Counted from the stretch's first letter, positions 18,868 to 28,293 are shown. The stretch is DNA of 64,000 bases from Oceanispirochaeta sp. (GCA_963666275.2 CAXXOA010000001.1:480001-544000); one strand, 5' to 3'. Translations and numbers: made by a program. Notes: generated from the sequence alone by a model not told the origin.

Positions 18868-19806
18868 ATGGAATTCAAATACATCCATATCCTGTATGCA
18901 GCCATTACCATCTTTCTGACCATAAACTACGGTCTTCTGCTGCAGGGTATCATAGGAAAAATCTATGCCCGGGTGGGCAAAAGAATCGGCATCAGGATCT
19001 ATCAGCCCTGGATCAATATTATCCGTCAGTGGGTGACCCGGTCATCCATTCATCACGGGGTCATGTACTATCTGGGGCCGGTCTTCCGTTTTACAGGGGG
19101 CGGCGGAATCCTCATCTTTCTGCCTCTGGTGTACGGCGTGCCCCTGTTCTCCTCCTTTGTGGGAACAGGAGATCTGCTGCTGATCCTCTACTTTATGTTT
19201 ATAGGAACCCTGGGGATGGCCCTGGGAGGCGGAGAAGCGGGGCATCCCTATTCGGCCATCGCGGTTACCCGGGGACTCAGCCAGGTGACTGCCGCGGAGG
19301 TTCCTCTGGTTCTGGCTATCTTCTCCATTTCCATCCAGTACGGAACCATGGATATTATGAAGATTGTGGGTGCTCAGCAGGGGAGCGTTCTCAACTGGAC
19401 CCTCTTTACCAACCCCCTGGCCACGGCTGCGGCTATGATCGCCTTTCTGGGATCCATGATGCGGAGCCCCTTTGATGTGGTCATAGCTCCCCAGGAGATC
19501 CCCATCGGACCTCCCACGGAGTATCAGTCCCAGTTTCTGGCTATGCTTATGACCAACAGGACCATCTTTCCGGTAGCAAAGACTGTCTTTTATGTGAACC
19601 TCTTTTTCGGAGGAGTGGCTCTTTATGACAGCTACCTTCTGACGTTTCTTGTTTTCTTCCTCAAGACCTTCTTCGTTTACATGTGGTCTGTGTTCGTCGG
19701 TGTCTCCTTCCCCCGGTTCCGGGTGGAACAGAGTATCCGGTTCTTCCTGAAATGGCCTCTCCTGATCGGAGCGGCAGCCGTTATTGCGGCTCAGATAAGG
19801 TATTGA
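18868..19806 (+). CDS. NuoH-like membrane subunit (MbxM-like)
   Basis: ARVGKRIG..QP, PFDV..A.QEI..GP.TEY, PRFRVEQ. Confidence 0.9.
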   Translation: MEFKYIHILYAAITIFLTINYGLLLQGIIGKIYARVGKRIGIRIYQPWINIIRQWVTRSSIHHGVMYYLGPVFRFTGGGGILIFLPLVYGVPLFSSFVGTGDLLLILYFMFIGTLGMALGGGEAGHPYSAIAVTRGLSQVTAAEVPLVLAIFSISIQYGTMDIMKIVGAQQGSVLNWTLFTNPLATAAAMIAFLGSMMRSPFDVVIAPQEIPIGPPTEYQSQFLAMLMTNRTIFPVAKTVFYVNLFFGGVALYDSYLLTFLVFFLKTFFVYMWSVFVGVSFPRFRVEQSIRFFLKWPLLIGAAAVIAAQIRY

Positions 19807-19808
19807 TT

Positions 19809-20474
19809 ATGGCAAAGATGAATTATGGAAAACGCAAAGCCGATCTGGAAAGACGGACTGTGACGGGACCCGACGGGGAAACCTTTGAAGTGGATCCCAT
19901 GAAAGACTACTTTTCCCAGGAGCCCCCGAAGGTCTACGAACCTTCCAGGCTGACTCCCATGGAAAAATTCTACAACTGGTGCCGGGCCGAATCCATCTAT
20001 ATCCTGGGGTTCGGAACCGGATGCGGCGCCATCGAGATGCGGCCCCTTATGAGCCCCATGTACGATGCCTACCGCTACGGTATCCACTGGCGTCCCACGC
20101 CCCGGCAGTCCACGGTTTTTGTGATCGGCGGTTATGCCTCGGTCAAAACCATCAAAAGGATTGTCCGCAGCTATGAACAGATGCCCGGACCCAAATACGT
20201 TCTGGCTGTCTGCAGCTGCACCATCAACGGCGGCATGTACTGGGACTCCTACAACACAATCAACCGGCTGGATCACTACATACCAGTGGATGTTTATGTC
20301 ACAGGCTGTATGCCCCGGCCCGAAGCGATTCTGGATTCTGTAGAGACTCTGAAAAAAAGGATCAAAGAGGGACGGGCCGAAGGGCAGAATAAATATGCGG
20401 AAAATTTCGACTGGTACAAGGCGAATCAGAAGAAAATCATAAAAGACTGGGATATGCCCGACTACAACTGGTAA
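19809..20474 (+). CDS. NuoB-like Fe-S small subunit (MbxJ-like)
   Basis: GCGAIEM, TPRQS, YEQMPGPKYV, SCTINGG, PVDVYVTGCMPRPEA. Confidence 0.9.
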   Translation: MAKMNYGKRKADLERRTVTGPDGETFEVDPMKDYFSQEPPKVYEPSRLTPMEKFYNWCRAESIYILGFGTGCGAIEMRPLMSPMYDAYRYGIHWRPTPRQSTVFVIGGYASVKTIKRIVRSYEQMPGPKYVLAVCSCTINGGMYWDSYNTINRLDHYIPVDVYVTGCMPRPEAILDSVETLKKRIKEGRAEGQNKYAENFDWYKANQKKIIKDWDMPDYNW

Positions 20475-20486
20475 GGAGGTTCACCG

Positions 20487-21035
20487 ATGGAAACAGTCAT
20501 TAAAAATGTACGGAAACAGTTTGAATTGTCCGATGTCACCTCCGCCCACGGGTACTTTGTTACCTGTGAAAAGAAGGATGCCGTCAGTGTCCTGTCCTAT
20601 CTGAAGAGCAGTGAGGGCTTTACCCATCTGGTCCTGATCACTGCGGTGGACTGGATCGAGGAGGGCAGGTTTCAGCTGACCTATCTTCTCAACAATCCGG
20701 TAATGAAAAAGGAGCTGGGAGTCAGGACTTTTATTGAAAGGAGCGTCTGGCCGGCAGAGTCGGAAATGTTTACGGCCCATCATCTCTGGCCGGCGGCAAA
20801 AACCTATCAGAGGGAACTCCACGAAATGTTCGGCATCGACTTTCCCGGGAGCCCCGAGATCGACGAACCCCTGATACTGGAATACTGGGATGATATTCCC
20901 CCCTACAGAAGGGACTTCGACACGAAAAAGTACTCCGAAGAGACCTACTTTCCCCGTGAGGGACGGAGCACCAGTGATCCGGCTGAGTATATGAAAGAGA
21001 AGCTCTACCCCCGGGAAGGAGAGAAGAATGCTTGA
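20487..21035 (+). CDS. NuoC-like subunit (MbxK-like)
   Basis: ITAVDW, RELHEMFGIDFPGSP, PPYRRDF. Confidence 0.9.
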   Translation: METVIKNVRKQFELSDVTSAHGYFVTCEKKDAVSVLSYLKSSEGFTHLVLITAVDWIEEGRFQLTYLLNNPVMKKELGVRTFIERSVWPAESEMFTAHHLWPAAKTYQRELHEMFGIDFPGSPEIDEPLILEYWDDIPPYRRDFDTKKYSEETYFPREGRSTSDPAEYMKEKLYPREGEKNA

Positions 21036-22209
21036 TTACGGAGAAAAGAACAGAGAGCTGTTTCCTGAGACAAAGAGTGACGGTACCGTGGACATCGATC
21101 TCTCCAGCGGGAAGTTCACCAAGCTCTGGCACGGCCCCAACCATCCTGGAATCACAGGGAACATGTCCCTGGAACTGACCCTTCTGGGGGACGAAATCAT
21201 GGAGTCCAAAACCCACGTGGGATACCTTCACCGGGGGTTTGAGAAACTTATGGAGCGGCGCCGGTTTATCAACAACTTCCCCCTGGTCTGCCGGGTCTGC
21301 GTTCCAGAGCCTGACTTCAACGAGTACTGCTACGCCGCGGCCCTGGAGGAACTGGCAGGGGTGGAAATCCCTGAAAATGCCCAGTGGATCCGGACCCTTA
21401 TCCTGGAGATGGCCCGGCTCCAGTCCTATCTGATGTGGATCGGCGGTCAGGCCGGTGCTTTCGGTATGGGAATGATTGGCCAGTGGACCCTCTGGGCCCG
21501 CGACCGGGTTCTGCAGATGTTCGAAGAGCTCTCGGGGGGGAGGATCTATCATATCTTCATCATTCCCGGGGGAGTCAGGAATAATCTGACCGACGGTTTC
21601 AAGGGACGGATGCTGGAATGCCTGGCCGATGTGACATCCATTCTGGATGATGTGGAACGGGTACTCTTCAACAATGCGGTCTTCAAAAAACGGACTGTCG
21701 GACTGGCCGTGATCGATCCCGACTGGGTGGATGAGTACGGCATCACCGGCCCCAATGCCCGGGCGGCGGGTGTTCCCAAAGACGTTAGGAAGGACAATCC
21801 CTATCTGAAATACCCTGAACTGGATTTTGAAGCTGTCACCGGCACCGATTCGGATGTCTACACCCGGGCGAGAGTCCGCTTTGACGACTGCCGGCAGACT
21901 GTGGATCTGATCCGCCAGATTCTGGAGAGAACTCCCGAGTCGGGAGAGTTCAAGGCGAAGATGCCCAGTATGCTCCACTGGAAAATCCCTGCGGGAGAGA
22001 CCTATAAAAAGGCCGAGTGTACCCGGGGGGAATACGGCTATTACATTGTCACAGACGGCTCGGGCTATCCCCGGAGGGTGAATGTCCGTGGTCCATCCTA
22101 TACCCATGCGGTCACTCTGGCCGAAAAAATGCTGGTTAATGCCAACCTTGCGGACGTGGCGGGGACCCTGGTCTCCCTCCATACCTATCCGCCCGAAGTG
22201 GAGAGATAA
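21028..22209 (+). CDS. NuoD-like large subunit (MbxL-like), not a NiFe hydrogenase
   Basis: GPNHPG, GYLHRGFEK, RVCVPE, ECTRGEYG, RGPSY; C-terminus HTYPPEVER has no Cys. Confidence 0.9.
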   Translation: MLDYGEKNRELFPETKSDGTVDIDLSSGKFTKLWHGPNHPGITGNMSLELTLLGDEIMESKTHVGYLHRGFEKLMERRRFINNFPLVCRVCVPEPDFNEYCYAAALEELAGVEIPENAQWIRTLILEMARLQSYLMWIGGQAGAFGMGMIGQWTLWARDRVLQMFEELSGGRIYHIFIIPGGVRNNLTDGFKGRMLECLADVTSILDDVERVLFNNAVFKKRTVGLAVIDPDWVDEYGITGPNARAAGVPKDVRKDNPYLKYPELDFEAVTGTDSDVYTRARVRFDDCRQTVDLIRQILERTPESGEFKAKMPSMLHWKIPAGETYKKAECTRGEYGYYIVTDGSGYPRRVNVRGPSYTHAVTLAEKMLVNANLADVAGTLVSLHTYPPEVER

Positions 22210-22210
22210 G

Positions 22211-24067
22211 ATGGGAAAATCGAGTAAAACAAGCTTTAAGGACGTTCTGTATCCGTTTACCACATGGAAAAATATCCTGAAGGAGCCGGTGACCATCCGG
22301 CATCCTGAAAAAAGGGAGGGCTCCGACCGGTACAGGGGATTCCATACCAACGATATTGATAAATGCATAGGCTGCGGCACCTGTGAAGAGATCTGCCAGA
22401 ATGCGGCGATCGACCTGGTTCCTTGCGAGGGAGTTGAAACCAAACCGGGAGATTCGGGCCTCCGGCCCCGGGTGGACTACGGCCGCTGCTGCTGGTGCGC
22501 CCTCTGTGTGGATGTATGCACAACCAACTCTCTGGGAATGTCCAACAACTTCCGCTGGTCCGTGGAGGGGGAGAACAAAGAGGACGTTCTCACAGGTTCT
22601 TCAGGGTCTCCCGACGACTACCGATTTATCATCGGTGCGGAGGGGAAGTACTGGGACAAGGCGGAAAAAGGGTATAAAAAGCCCGAAGATTACGATCTGA
22701 CACCCCCCGAGCGGGTGGGGATGGATCATCTCTCTGTAGAGGAGAGGGGCGAATCCTTTGTGGAAATGATGAAGGGCTATTCGAAGGAGCAGGCCCTGAA
22801 AGAAGCGGACCGCTGTGTGGAGTGCGGTATCTGCACCGCCACCTGCCCGGCCCATATGGGAATTCCCGCCTATATAAAAGCCATCCGGGAGGATGATCTG
22901 GAAGAGGGGCTGAGGATCCTTTACGAAACGAACCCTCTGCCCGAAGTGTGCGGACGGATCTGTACCCACAAGTGCGAAACAGTCTGTTCCATCGGACATA
23001 AGGGGGATCCCCTCTCTATCCGCTGGCTCAAGCGCTATATCGCTGACAATGTGCCGGCTGAAAAATATAAGGAGATCCTGGGGACTTCGGACATCGCAAA
23101 AAACGGCTGGAAAGTGGCAGTGGTGGGATCCGGGCCTTCCGGGCTGTCAGCGGCTCACTACCTGTCTCTTATGGGCTATCAGGTGACAATCTTTGAAGCC
23201 CTGCCCCGGGCGGGAGGGATGATGAGATACGGAATCCCCGAATACCGTATGCCCTACGATCAGATCGACAAGGATATCAGCTATATTACCTCTCTGGGCG
23301 TGGAGATCCGGACAAACTGCAAAGTGGGGAAGGAGATAACTCTGGATGAGCTGAAGGAGCAGTACGATGCAGTCTTCGCCGGAACGGGCCTCCATCTGGG
23401 CCGGTCTACCCGGATCGAAAATTCCGACCATAAGAAGGTCTATCAGTCCATCGATCTGCTGCGGCAGATTACCCTGGGAGAAGATATTTATGTTCCCGAA
23501 AAAATTGTGATCATCGGAGGAGGGAATGTGGCTATGGATATAACCCGCTCCCTGGCCCGGAAGCAGAGACAGAAGTACGGTAAGGTGGACATCGTTACCA
23601 CCTGTCTGGAACCGGCCGACGGCATGCTGGCAGATGATGAAGAGGTGGAGGAAGCCCGGGAAGAAGGAGCTGTTATTACTCCCTCCTACGGCCCCCAGAG
23701 TATCGAGATCATCGATGAGGAATGGGTAAAAGGCCTTCATGTGGCGAAATGTCTGCATATTTTTGACGAAGAAGGACGGTTCAATCCTGCCTTTGACAGG
23801 GAGAACTCCCGGTTTTATGAGGCTGATATGATCATAGAATCGATCGGTCAGGCTTCGGATATTTCCTACATTCCCGAGAGCCTGCAGAACAGCCTGGAAT
23901 TCAATCCCCGCCGGCAGATCCTGGCCGATCCGGATTTTCAGGTGAAGGGGCAGCCCTGGCTCTTTGTGGGCGGGGATATCGCCAGAGGGCCGGATGTCAT
24001 AAACGGGATCGCTACCGGTCATCTGGCGGCCGTGGGAATCGACAGATACCTGAAGGAGGAGTCTTGA
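22211..24067 (+). CDS. NuoI-like 2x[4Fe-4S] ferredoxin fused to a GltD/SudA-like FAD-NAD(P) oxidoreductase
   Basis: RYRGFH..CIGCGTCEEIC, CCWCALCVDVC; then EADRCVEC..CPAH, CGRICTHKCE..C, GSGPSG, GGGNVAMD, GGD. Confidence 0.9.
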   Translation: MGKSSKTSFKDVLYPFTTWKNILKEPVTIRHPEKREGSDRYRGFHTNDIDKCIGCGTCEEICQNAAIDLVPCEGVETKPGDSGLRPRVDYGRCCWCALCVDVCTTNSLGMSNNFRWSVEGENKEDVLTGSSGSPDDYRFIIGAEGKYWDKAEKGYKKPEDYDLTPPERVGMDHLSVEERGESFVEMMKGYSKEQALKEADRCVECGICTATCPAHMGIPAYIKAIREDDLEEGLRILYETNPLPEVCGRICTHKCETVCSIGHKGDPLSIRWLKRYIADNVPAEKYKEILGTSDIAKNGWKVAVVGSGPSGLSAAHYLSLMGYQVTIFEALPRAGGMMRYGIPEYRMPYDQIDKDISYITSLGVEIRTNCKVGKEITLDELKEQYDAVFAGTGLHLGRSTRIENSDHKKVYQSIDLLRQITLGEDIYVPEKIVIIGGGNVAMDITRSLARKQRQKYGKVDIVTTCLEPADGMLADDEEVEEAREEGAVITPSYGPQSIEIIDEEWVKGLHVAKCLHIFDEEGRFNPAFDRENSRFYEADMIIESIGQASDISYIPESLQNSLEFNPRRQILADPDFQVKGQPWLFVGGDIARGPDVINGIATGHLAAVGIDRYLKEES

Positions 24068-24068
24068 A

Positions 24069-24506
24069 ATGGGTGAAATGCGGATCTCTGATATTCTGAA
24101 ATATTCCATAAAAATCGAGCATGAGAGCATGCTGTTTTATGACAGTGCGGAACCCCGGGCCTCTTCCGAGGAAACCAGAACCCTTTTAAAAGATCTGGCG
24201 GCGGAAGAGGTAAAGCATGAAAACCGGCTGTCCGAACTTCTCAATGGTATAGAAGACGGTGCGGCCCGGGGTTTTGACCATACCAGTCTGGAGAACCTGA
24301 TACGGAACCGGGAGATACCAGAAGGGGCTGATCAGGAGACTATTCTGAAAATAGCTCTGGAGAGGGAGGAACACACCAGGGATTTCTACAGTCAGGTTCT
24401 GACCCTGACGAATCTGGAAGCCAATGTGGTCGATGTTTTTGATATGCTCCATAAGCAGGAGTCGGGGCATGTGACACGTATTATAGGTCTTCTGGGTAAT
24501 CTCTGA
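24069..24506 (+). CDS. Ferritin-like (rubrerythrin-family) di-iron protein without a rubredoxin domain
   Basis: E..S..FY, EEVKH, E....DFY, QESGH pattern of a four-helix di-iron bundle. Confidence 0.8.
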   Translation: MGEMRISDILKYSIKIEHESMLFYDSAEPRASSEETRTLLKDLAAEEVKHENRLSELLNGIEDGAARGFDHTSLENLIRNREIPEGADQETILKIALEREEHTRDFYSQVLTLTNLEANVVDVFDMLHKQESGHVTRIIGLLGNL

Positions 24507-24528
24507 GACAGTCTCACTTCACAGCAGG

Positions 24529-24556
24529 GGCTTCCGCCGGACGGAAGCCTTTTTTT
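24529..24556 (+). terminator. Intrinsic terminator closing the Mrp/Mbx-like operon
   Basis: GGCTTCCG-CCGGA-CGGAAGCC followed by a T tract. Confidence 0.85.
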
Positions 24557-24622
24557 ATAAAAAATTGTGTTCTCAAATATAGAAAATAATCTATACTCAG
24601 GTTAAGGGGATGTAGTTTTAAA

Positions 24623-26164
24623 ATGGCTTTACTTTCAATGAAGATAACCCTCGTTCTAACCCTTCTGGCAGTCATCTCTCTCTATCTGTCTGCCTGGTCA
24701 TTTACACGGCGGAATCAGGTTTCGGGAGCTCTTGAATTTTCCCTCTTTCTGCTGACTGTCGCCCTTTATGATTTCGGCTATGCCATTGAAATCAATTGCG
24801 ATACCCTGGAGGAAATCTACTGGGCTCTGAGAATCCAGTACCTTGGTCTGCCTTTCATGACAGTATTCTATTTTCTCTTTTCCATGCGTTTTGTATTTGA
24901 AAAGGATTTTCCCCGTCCCTTGAAGGACCTGCTGTTTCTGATTCCCTTTGTGACAGTCCTTCTTGTGTTTACTCTGGGACATCACAATCTGTTTTATAAA
25001 GAGGCCACTGTTATCTCTGCTTCGGGGATACGTCTTCTCTACTATAAACCGGGAATCTGGTACATTATCCATTTTATTTCCCTGATAGGTCTCTCTCTGG
25101 CTGGAGAAGTTGTTCTGTTTATGGGATTTCTCCGCTTTCAGGGGATTAAACGAAAGCAGGTCCTTCTTATTTTTATTTCCGGCCTGATCCCTCTCATTAC
25201 CGGTATATTCACTCCCGGCAGATTCTATTATTTTGATATTCAGCCCTTTTCCCTGGCAACCATGGGGATCTTTCTGAGCATTGCCATTTACAAGCACAGG
25301 CTCCTGGAGCTGGTCCCCCAGGCACGGGAGCTGGCATTTGACTCTATCAATGAGTATCTGATTGTTCTGGACCATTCGGGAAAGATCCGGGACATGAATG
25401 TTTCCGCCAGAACTTCCGAACTTTTTAAGGATATGAAAAATGATGACCACCTGATGGAACGGTCTCCATTCTGCGATTTCCTGCCTGATCTTCTGAAAAT
25501 GACAGAGGAGCAGGAATTTCAACAGGAATACCGGTTCCGCTTTCTGGAATATCATTTTTATATGAAGGTTTATGCGGTTAAAGCTCCTCAGCTTGATAGT
25601 CTGGGGTTTATCCTGATTATCCGGGAAACCACTGAGACTGTTAAACTGATGAATGAACTGAAAGAGCAGGCTATTTACGATGAGCTTACAGGGCTGTTCA
25701 ACCGCAGACAGATTTTCAGCCTGGCGGAACGGGAAGTCCTCCTTGCGAAAAGGACAGGTTCCCATACGGGGATTATCCTTATGGATCTGGACCGGTTCAA
25801 GATCATAAATGACAACTACGGGCACCTGGCGGGAGATCGAGTCCTTTCCTCTGTTTCACAGGCCCTGCAGAAGGCAATGCGGTCTACTGATCTTATTGGC
25901 CGGTACGGCGGAGAAGAGTTCGTGGTGATCTGCCCCTGCACGGACTCTGAGACTTCCCGGCAGATTGCCGAAAGGCTCCGAAGGAGTATCGAGTCTCTGG
26001 ATATTGAATATGAAGGGAACAGAATCTCGGTTTCTGCCAGTTTCGGAGTCAAATCCGGAGTCTTCGGAGCGGATGCCACTCTCTGTGATTTTCTTGAATC
26101 CGCGGATAGAGCTCTGTATACAGCTAAAAGGGAAGGCCGGAACAGAGTCGTTCTTTCGGACTGA
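24623..26164 (+). CDS. Diguanylate cyclase with N-terminal HisKA_7TM-type membrane sensor
   Basis: Seven hydrophobic segments; DELTGLFNRR, DLDRFK.IND.YGH, RSTD I-site, RYGGEEF. Confidence 0.9.
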   Translation: MALLSMKITLVLTLLAVISLYLSAWSFTRRNQVSGALEFSLFLLTVALYDFGYAIEINCDTLEEIYWALRIQYLGLPFMTVFYFLFSMRFVFEKDFPRPLKDLLFLIPFVTVLLVFTLGHHNLFYKEATVISASGIRLLYYKPGIWYIIHFISLIGLSLAGEVVLFMGFLRFQGIKRKQVLLIFISGLIPLITGIFTPGRFYYFDIQPFSLATMGIFLSIAIYKHRLLELVPQARELAFDSINEYLIVLDHSGKIRDMNVSARTSELFKDMKNDDHLMERSPFCDFLPDLLKMTEEQEFQQEYRFRFLEYHFYMKVYAVKAPQLDSLGFILIIRETTETVKLMNELKEQAIYDELTGLFNRRQIFSLAEREVLLAKRTGSHTGIILMDLDRFKIINDNYGHLAGDRVLSSVSQALQKAMRSTDLIGRYGGEEFVVICPCTDSETSRQIAERLRRSIESLDIEYEGNRISVSASFGVKSGVFGADATLCDFLESADRALYTAKREGRNRVVLSD

Positions 26165-26179
26165 CAGTTTGATTTTCTT

Positions 26180-27913
26180 TTATAGAAGGATTACAGACTG
26201 TTTTCGGCGGACCGAGTTTATCAGATAGATCTCTTCGGCCTCCTTCAGATCCTCCTTGTAGAGGATCTTTTCTTCCAGTTCTCCTTTCTGCAGAAGTTCG
26301 TTCCGATAGGTGCCCGCAAGCAGGCCCGACGCCACCGGAGGCGTATAGGCGACCCCGCCCATTACAATGACAAGATTTCCGATACAAGACTCGGTCAGTT
26401 CGCCCCTCTGGTTCCATAACAGAACATCATCTGCCCGGGGGGAAAGAGATTTCAGATGCCTGTAGATCTCGCGATGGGTTGTTTTATGATAGAGAAACCT
26501 ATTCTCTGAAGACACCGGTTTTTCTGCCAGAGCCAGTGTCCAGGAGCTGTAAGGGCCCGGAGTTGACTCTTCAAAGGAGAAGACCCCCGATCTGTTCATA
26601 ACAAGGCGGATCCTCAGGGATGACCCATTGAAGTGAGACTCTTTTGCCGCCATCAGATCCCTGAGAGTCTCTTCATCAAAGGGGAAGCCGAAATAGGCTG
26701 CTGAAGTTTTCATACGGTCAATATGTCTTTCCAGCAGAAAATACCCTGTAGGCTCCTCCCATAGAAGGGTCTCCAGTAGGCTGAAAGAGGGAACTCTCTC
26801 TGTCAGAACCCTGGCTTTGGCAAGGGTTTCGCTGTACTCCTCATCTGTTTTCGAGTCCCAGGTAATCCCGCCTCCGGTGCCGTACTGAGCCTCCCGGGAG
26901 CTGTTGTTGATAACAGCCGTCCTGATGGCCACATTGAACTGAGCCCTCCGGGAAGGCCCCATATAGCCGATCGTCCCGGTATAGAGCCCTCTCGGAGTCG
27001 ATTCAAGATTCTCTATGATCTCCATGGTTTTACACTTGGGGGCCCCCGTTATGGAGGCGCAGGGGAAAAGGGCTCTGAACACAGAGGGAATATCTGCTTC
27101 CGTTCCGGCTTCCACCAGGCTCGTCATCTGCCAGACAGTAGGGTATCTCTCCAGAGTAAACAGTTCCGGAACTTTCACAGATCCCGGCCGGGCTATACGG
27201 CCCAGGTCGTTTCTTATCATATCCACAATCATCAGATTTTCCGCCCTGTTTTTCTCTGAATTCCCGAGCCATTCGGCCCGCAGCTGATCTTCCGCCGCTT
27301 CCGGAGCCCGGGGAACCGTTCCCTTCATGGGGCGGGAAATAATTTTATCTCCCTGCAGTGAAAAAAACAGTTCCGGCGAGGCGCTGCAGACTGTCCATTC
27401 CCCAGTCTGGATATAGGCGCCGTAGCGGGCCTTCTGGGCTGCCTGAATCTGAAGGAAAAAGGGCCAGAAGTCTCCGGTCATTTGGGTATGGAGTCTGTAG
27501 GTAAAGTTCACCTGATAGCTGTTGCCGGCGGCAATCTGCGCTTTAACTGCTTCGATCTGCCGGTAAAACTCCTCCTCTGTAACAGAGGGAACCCAGTCCG
27601 GAGTGATTGATTCCCCGGGAGGAGAGGGCAGATCAATCGACTCAGGAGCATCATAAAGACCGAACCAGAGAAGGGGGAAATCGCCTGAAGGATGCACAGA
27701 TAAAGAGGCATCAAATGCCGGAGATGCATCGTAGCTGACAAATCCGGCGGCATAAAGTCTGGTATTGTCAATTTTCTTTTGTATCTCTTCCATCAGGGGA
27801 AGGACCTCTTCCATTCTGCCTGCCTGATAGATCTGTCTGGGGTTGCTGAAATTCAGCCATCTGCCGGCAGCCGCATCATGGAGGATGACGCTGCCGGTTC
27901 CGGGTGCATTCAA
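26180..27913 (-). CDS. pabB: Aminodeoxychorismate synthase component I fused to a class IV (PabC-like) lyase domain
   Basis: YQVNFT, SPELFF, RPMKGT, KNRAENLMIVDMIRNDLGR, SITGAPK; C-terminal LLETL, HKTT.R, GLLAGT.R; TTG start behind AAGGAG. Confidence 0.9.
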   Translation of the reverse strand: MNAPGTGSVILHDAAAGRWLNFSNPRQIYQAGRMEEVLPLMEEIQKKIDNTRLYAAGFVSYDASPAFDASLSVHPSGDFPLLWFGLYDAPESIDLPSPPGESITPDWVPSVTEEEFYRQIEAVKAQIAAGNSYQVNFTYRLHTQMTGDFWPFFLQIQAAQKARYGAYIQTGEWTVCSASPELFFSLQGDKIISRPMKGTVPRAPEAAEDQLRAEWLGNSEKNRAENLMIVDMIRNDLGRIARPGSVKVPELFTLERYPTVWQMTSLVEAGTEADIPSVFRALFPCASITGAPKCKTMEIIENLESTPRGLYTGTIGYMGPSRRAQFNVAIRTAVINNSSREAQYGTGGGITWDSKTDEEYSETLAKARVLTERVPSFSLLETLLWEEPTGYFLLERHIDRMKTSAAYFGFPFDEETLRDLMAAKESHFNGSSLRIRLVMNRSGVFSFEESTPGPYSSWTLALAEKPVSSENRFLYHKTTHREIYRHLKSLSPRADDVLLWNQRGELTESCIGNLVIVMGGVAYTPPVASGLLAGTYRNELLQKGELEEKILYKEDLKEAEEIYLINSVRRKQSVILL

Positions 27914-27993
27914 AAGGGTCTCCTTGAGGAATAATACAAGCACTCTAACATTTTTTAATGAATTTTATACAGAGCTCCGGCGATAATCGAGGC

Positions 27994-28293
27994 ATGAAGG
28001 AGCCGCCCGGATACTATGTTCCGGATCTGACAGACTATGCCCTATCCGACAGTGGAGGAGGAAGCGGCTATTTCTTCTCAACAACCAGAACTCTTCCGGA
28101 AGACTCGCCCCTGCGGTATTACTTCAACAGAGCCTGCCTTTTTTTACAGAAAGGGATAGCCCCCGAGAAAACAGCCGCTCATCTGGGTTTTACCGATTAT
28201 GAGAATTTTGCCCTCCAATTCAGGGATTACACGGGAGTTTCTCCCGGGGAATACAGGAATTGGATAATTCGAAAAAAATATCCCCCCGATTAG
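27994..28293 (+). CDS. Small AraC-type HTH protein lacking a ligand-binding domain
   Basis: RA..FL...A..LGFTDYENF..QFRDYTGVSPGEYR. Confidence 0.6.
   Translation: MKEPPGYYVPDLTDYALSDSGGGSGYFFSTTRTLPEDSPLRYYFNRACLFLQKGIAPEKTAAHLGFTDYENFALQFRDYTGVSPGEYRNWIIRKKYPPD

Noticed and set aside
21028..22209. Group 4 NiFe hydrogenase or canonical NADH dehydrogenase I
   Set aside because: Three of four Ni-binding Cys are missing; no NuoEFG, and no maturation genes in the window
16824..22443. Very long minus-strand ORFs (699 aa and 557 aa)
   Set aside because: Antisense shadows of well-supported membrane-complex genes, with no motifs of their own
22211..24067. Glutamate synthase small subunit gltD
   Set aside because: Fused to a NuoI domain within the membrane-complex operon, with no gltB nearby
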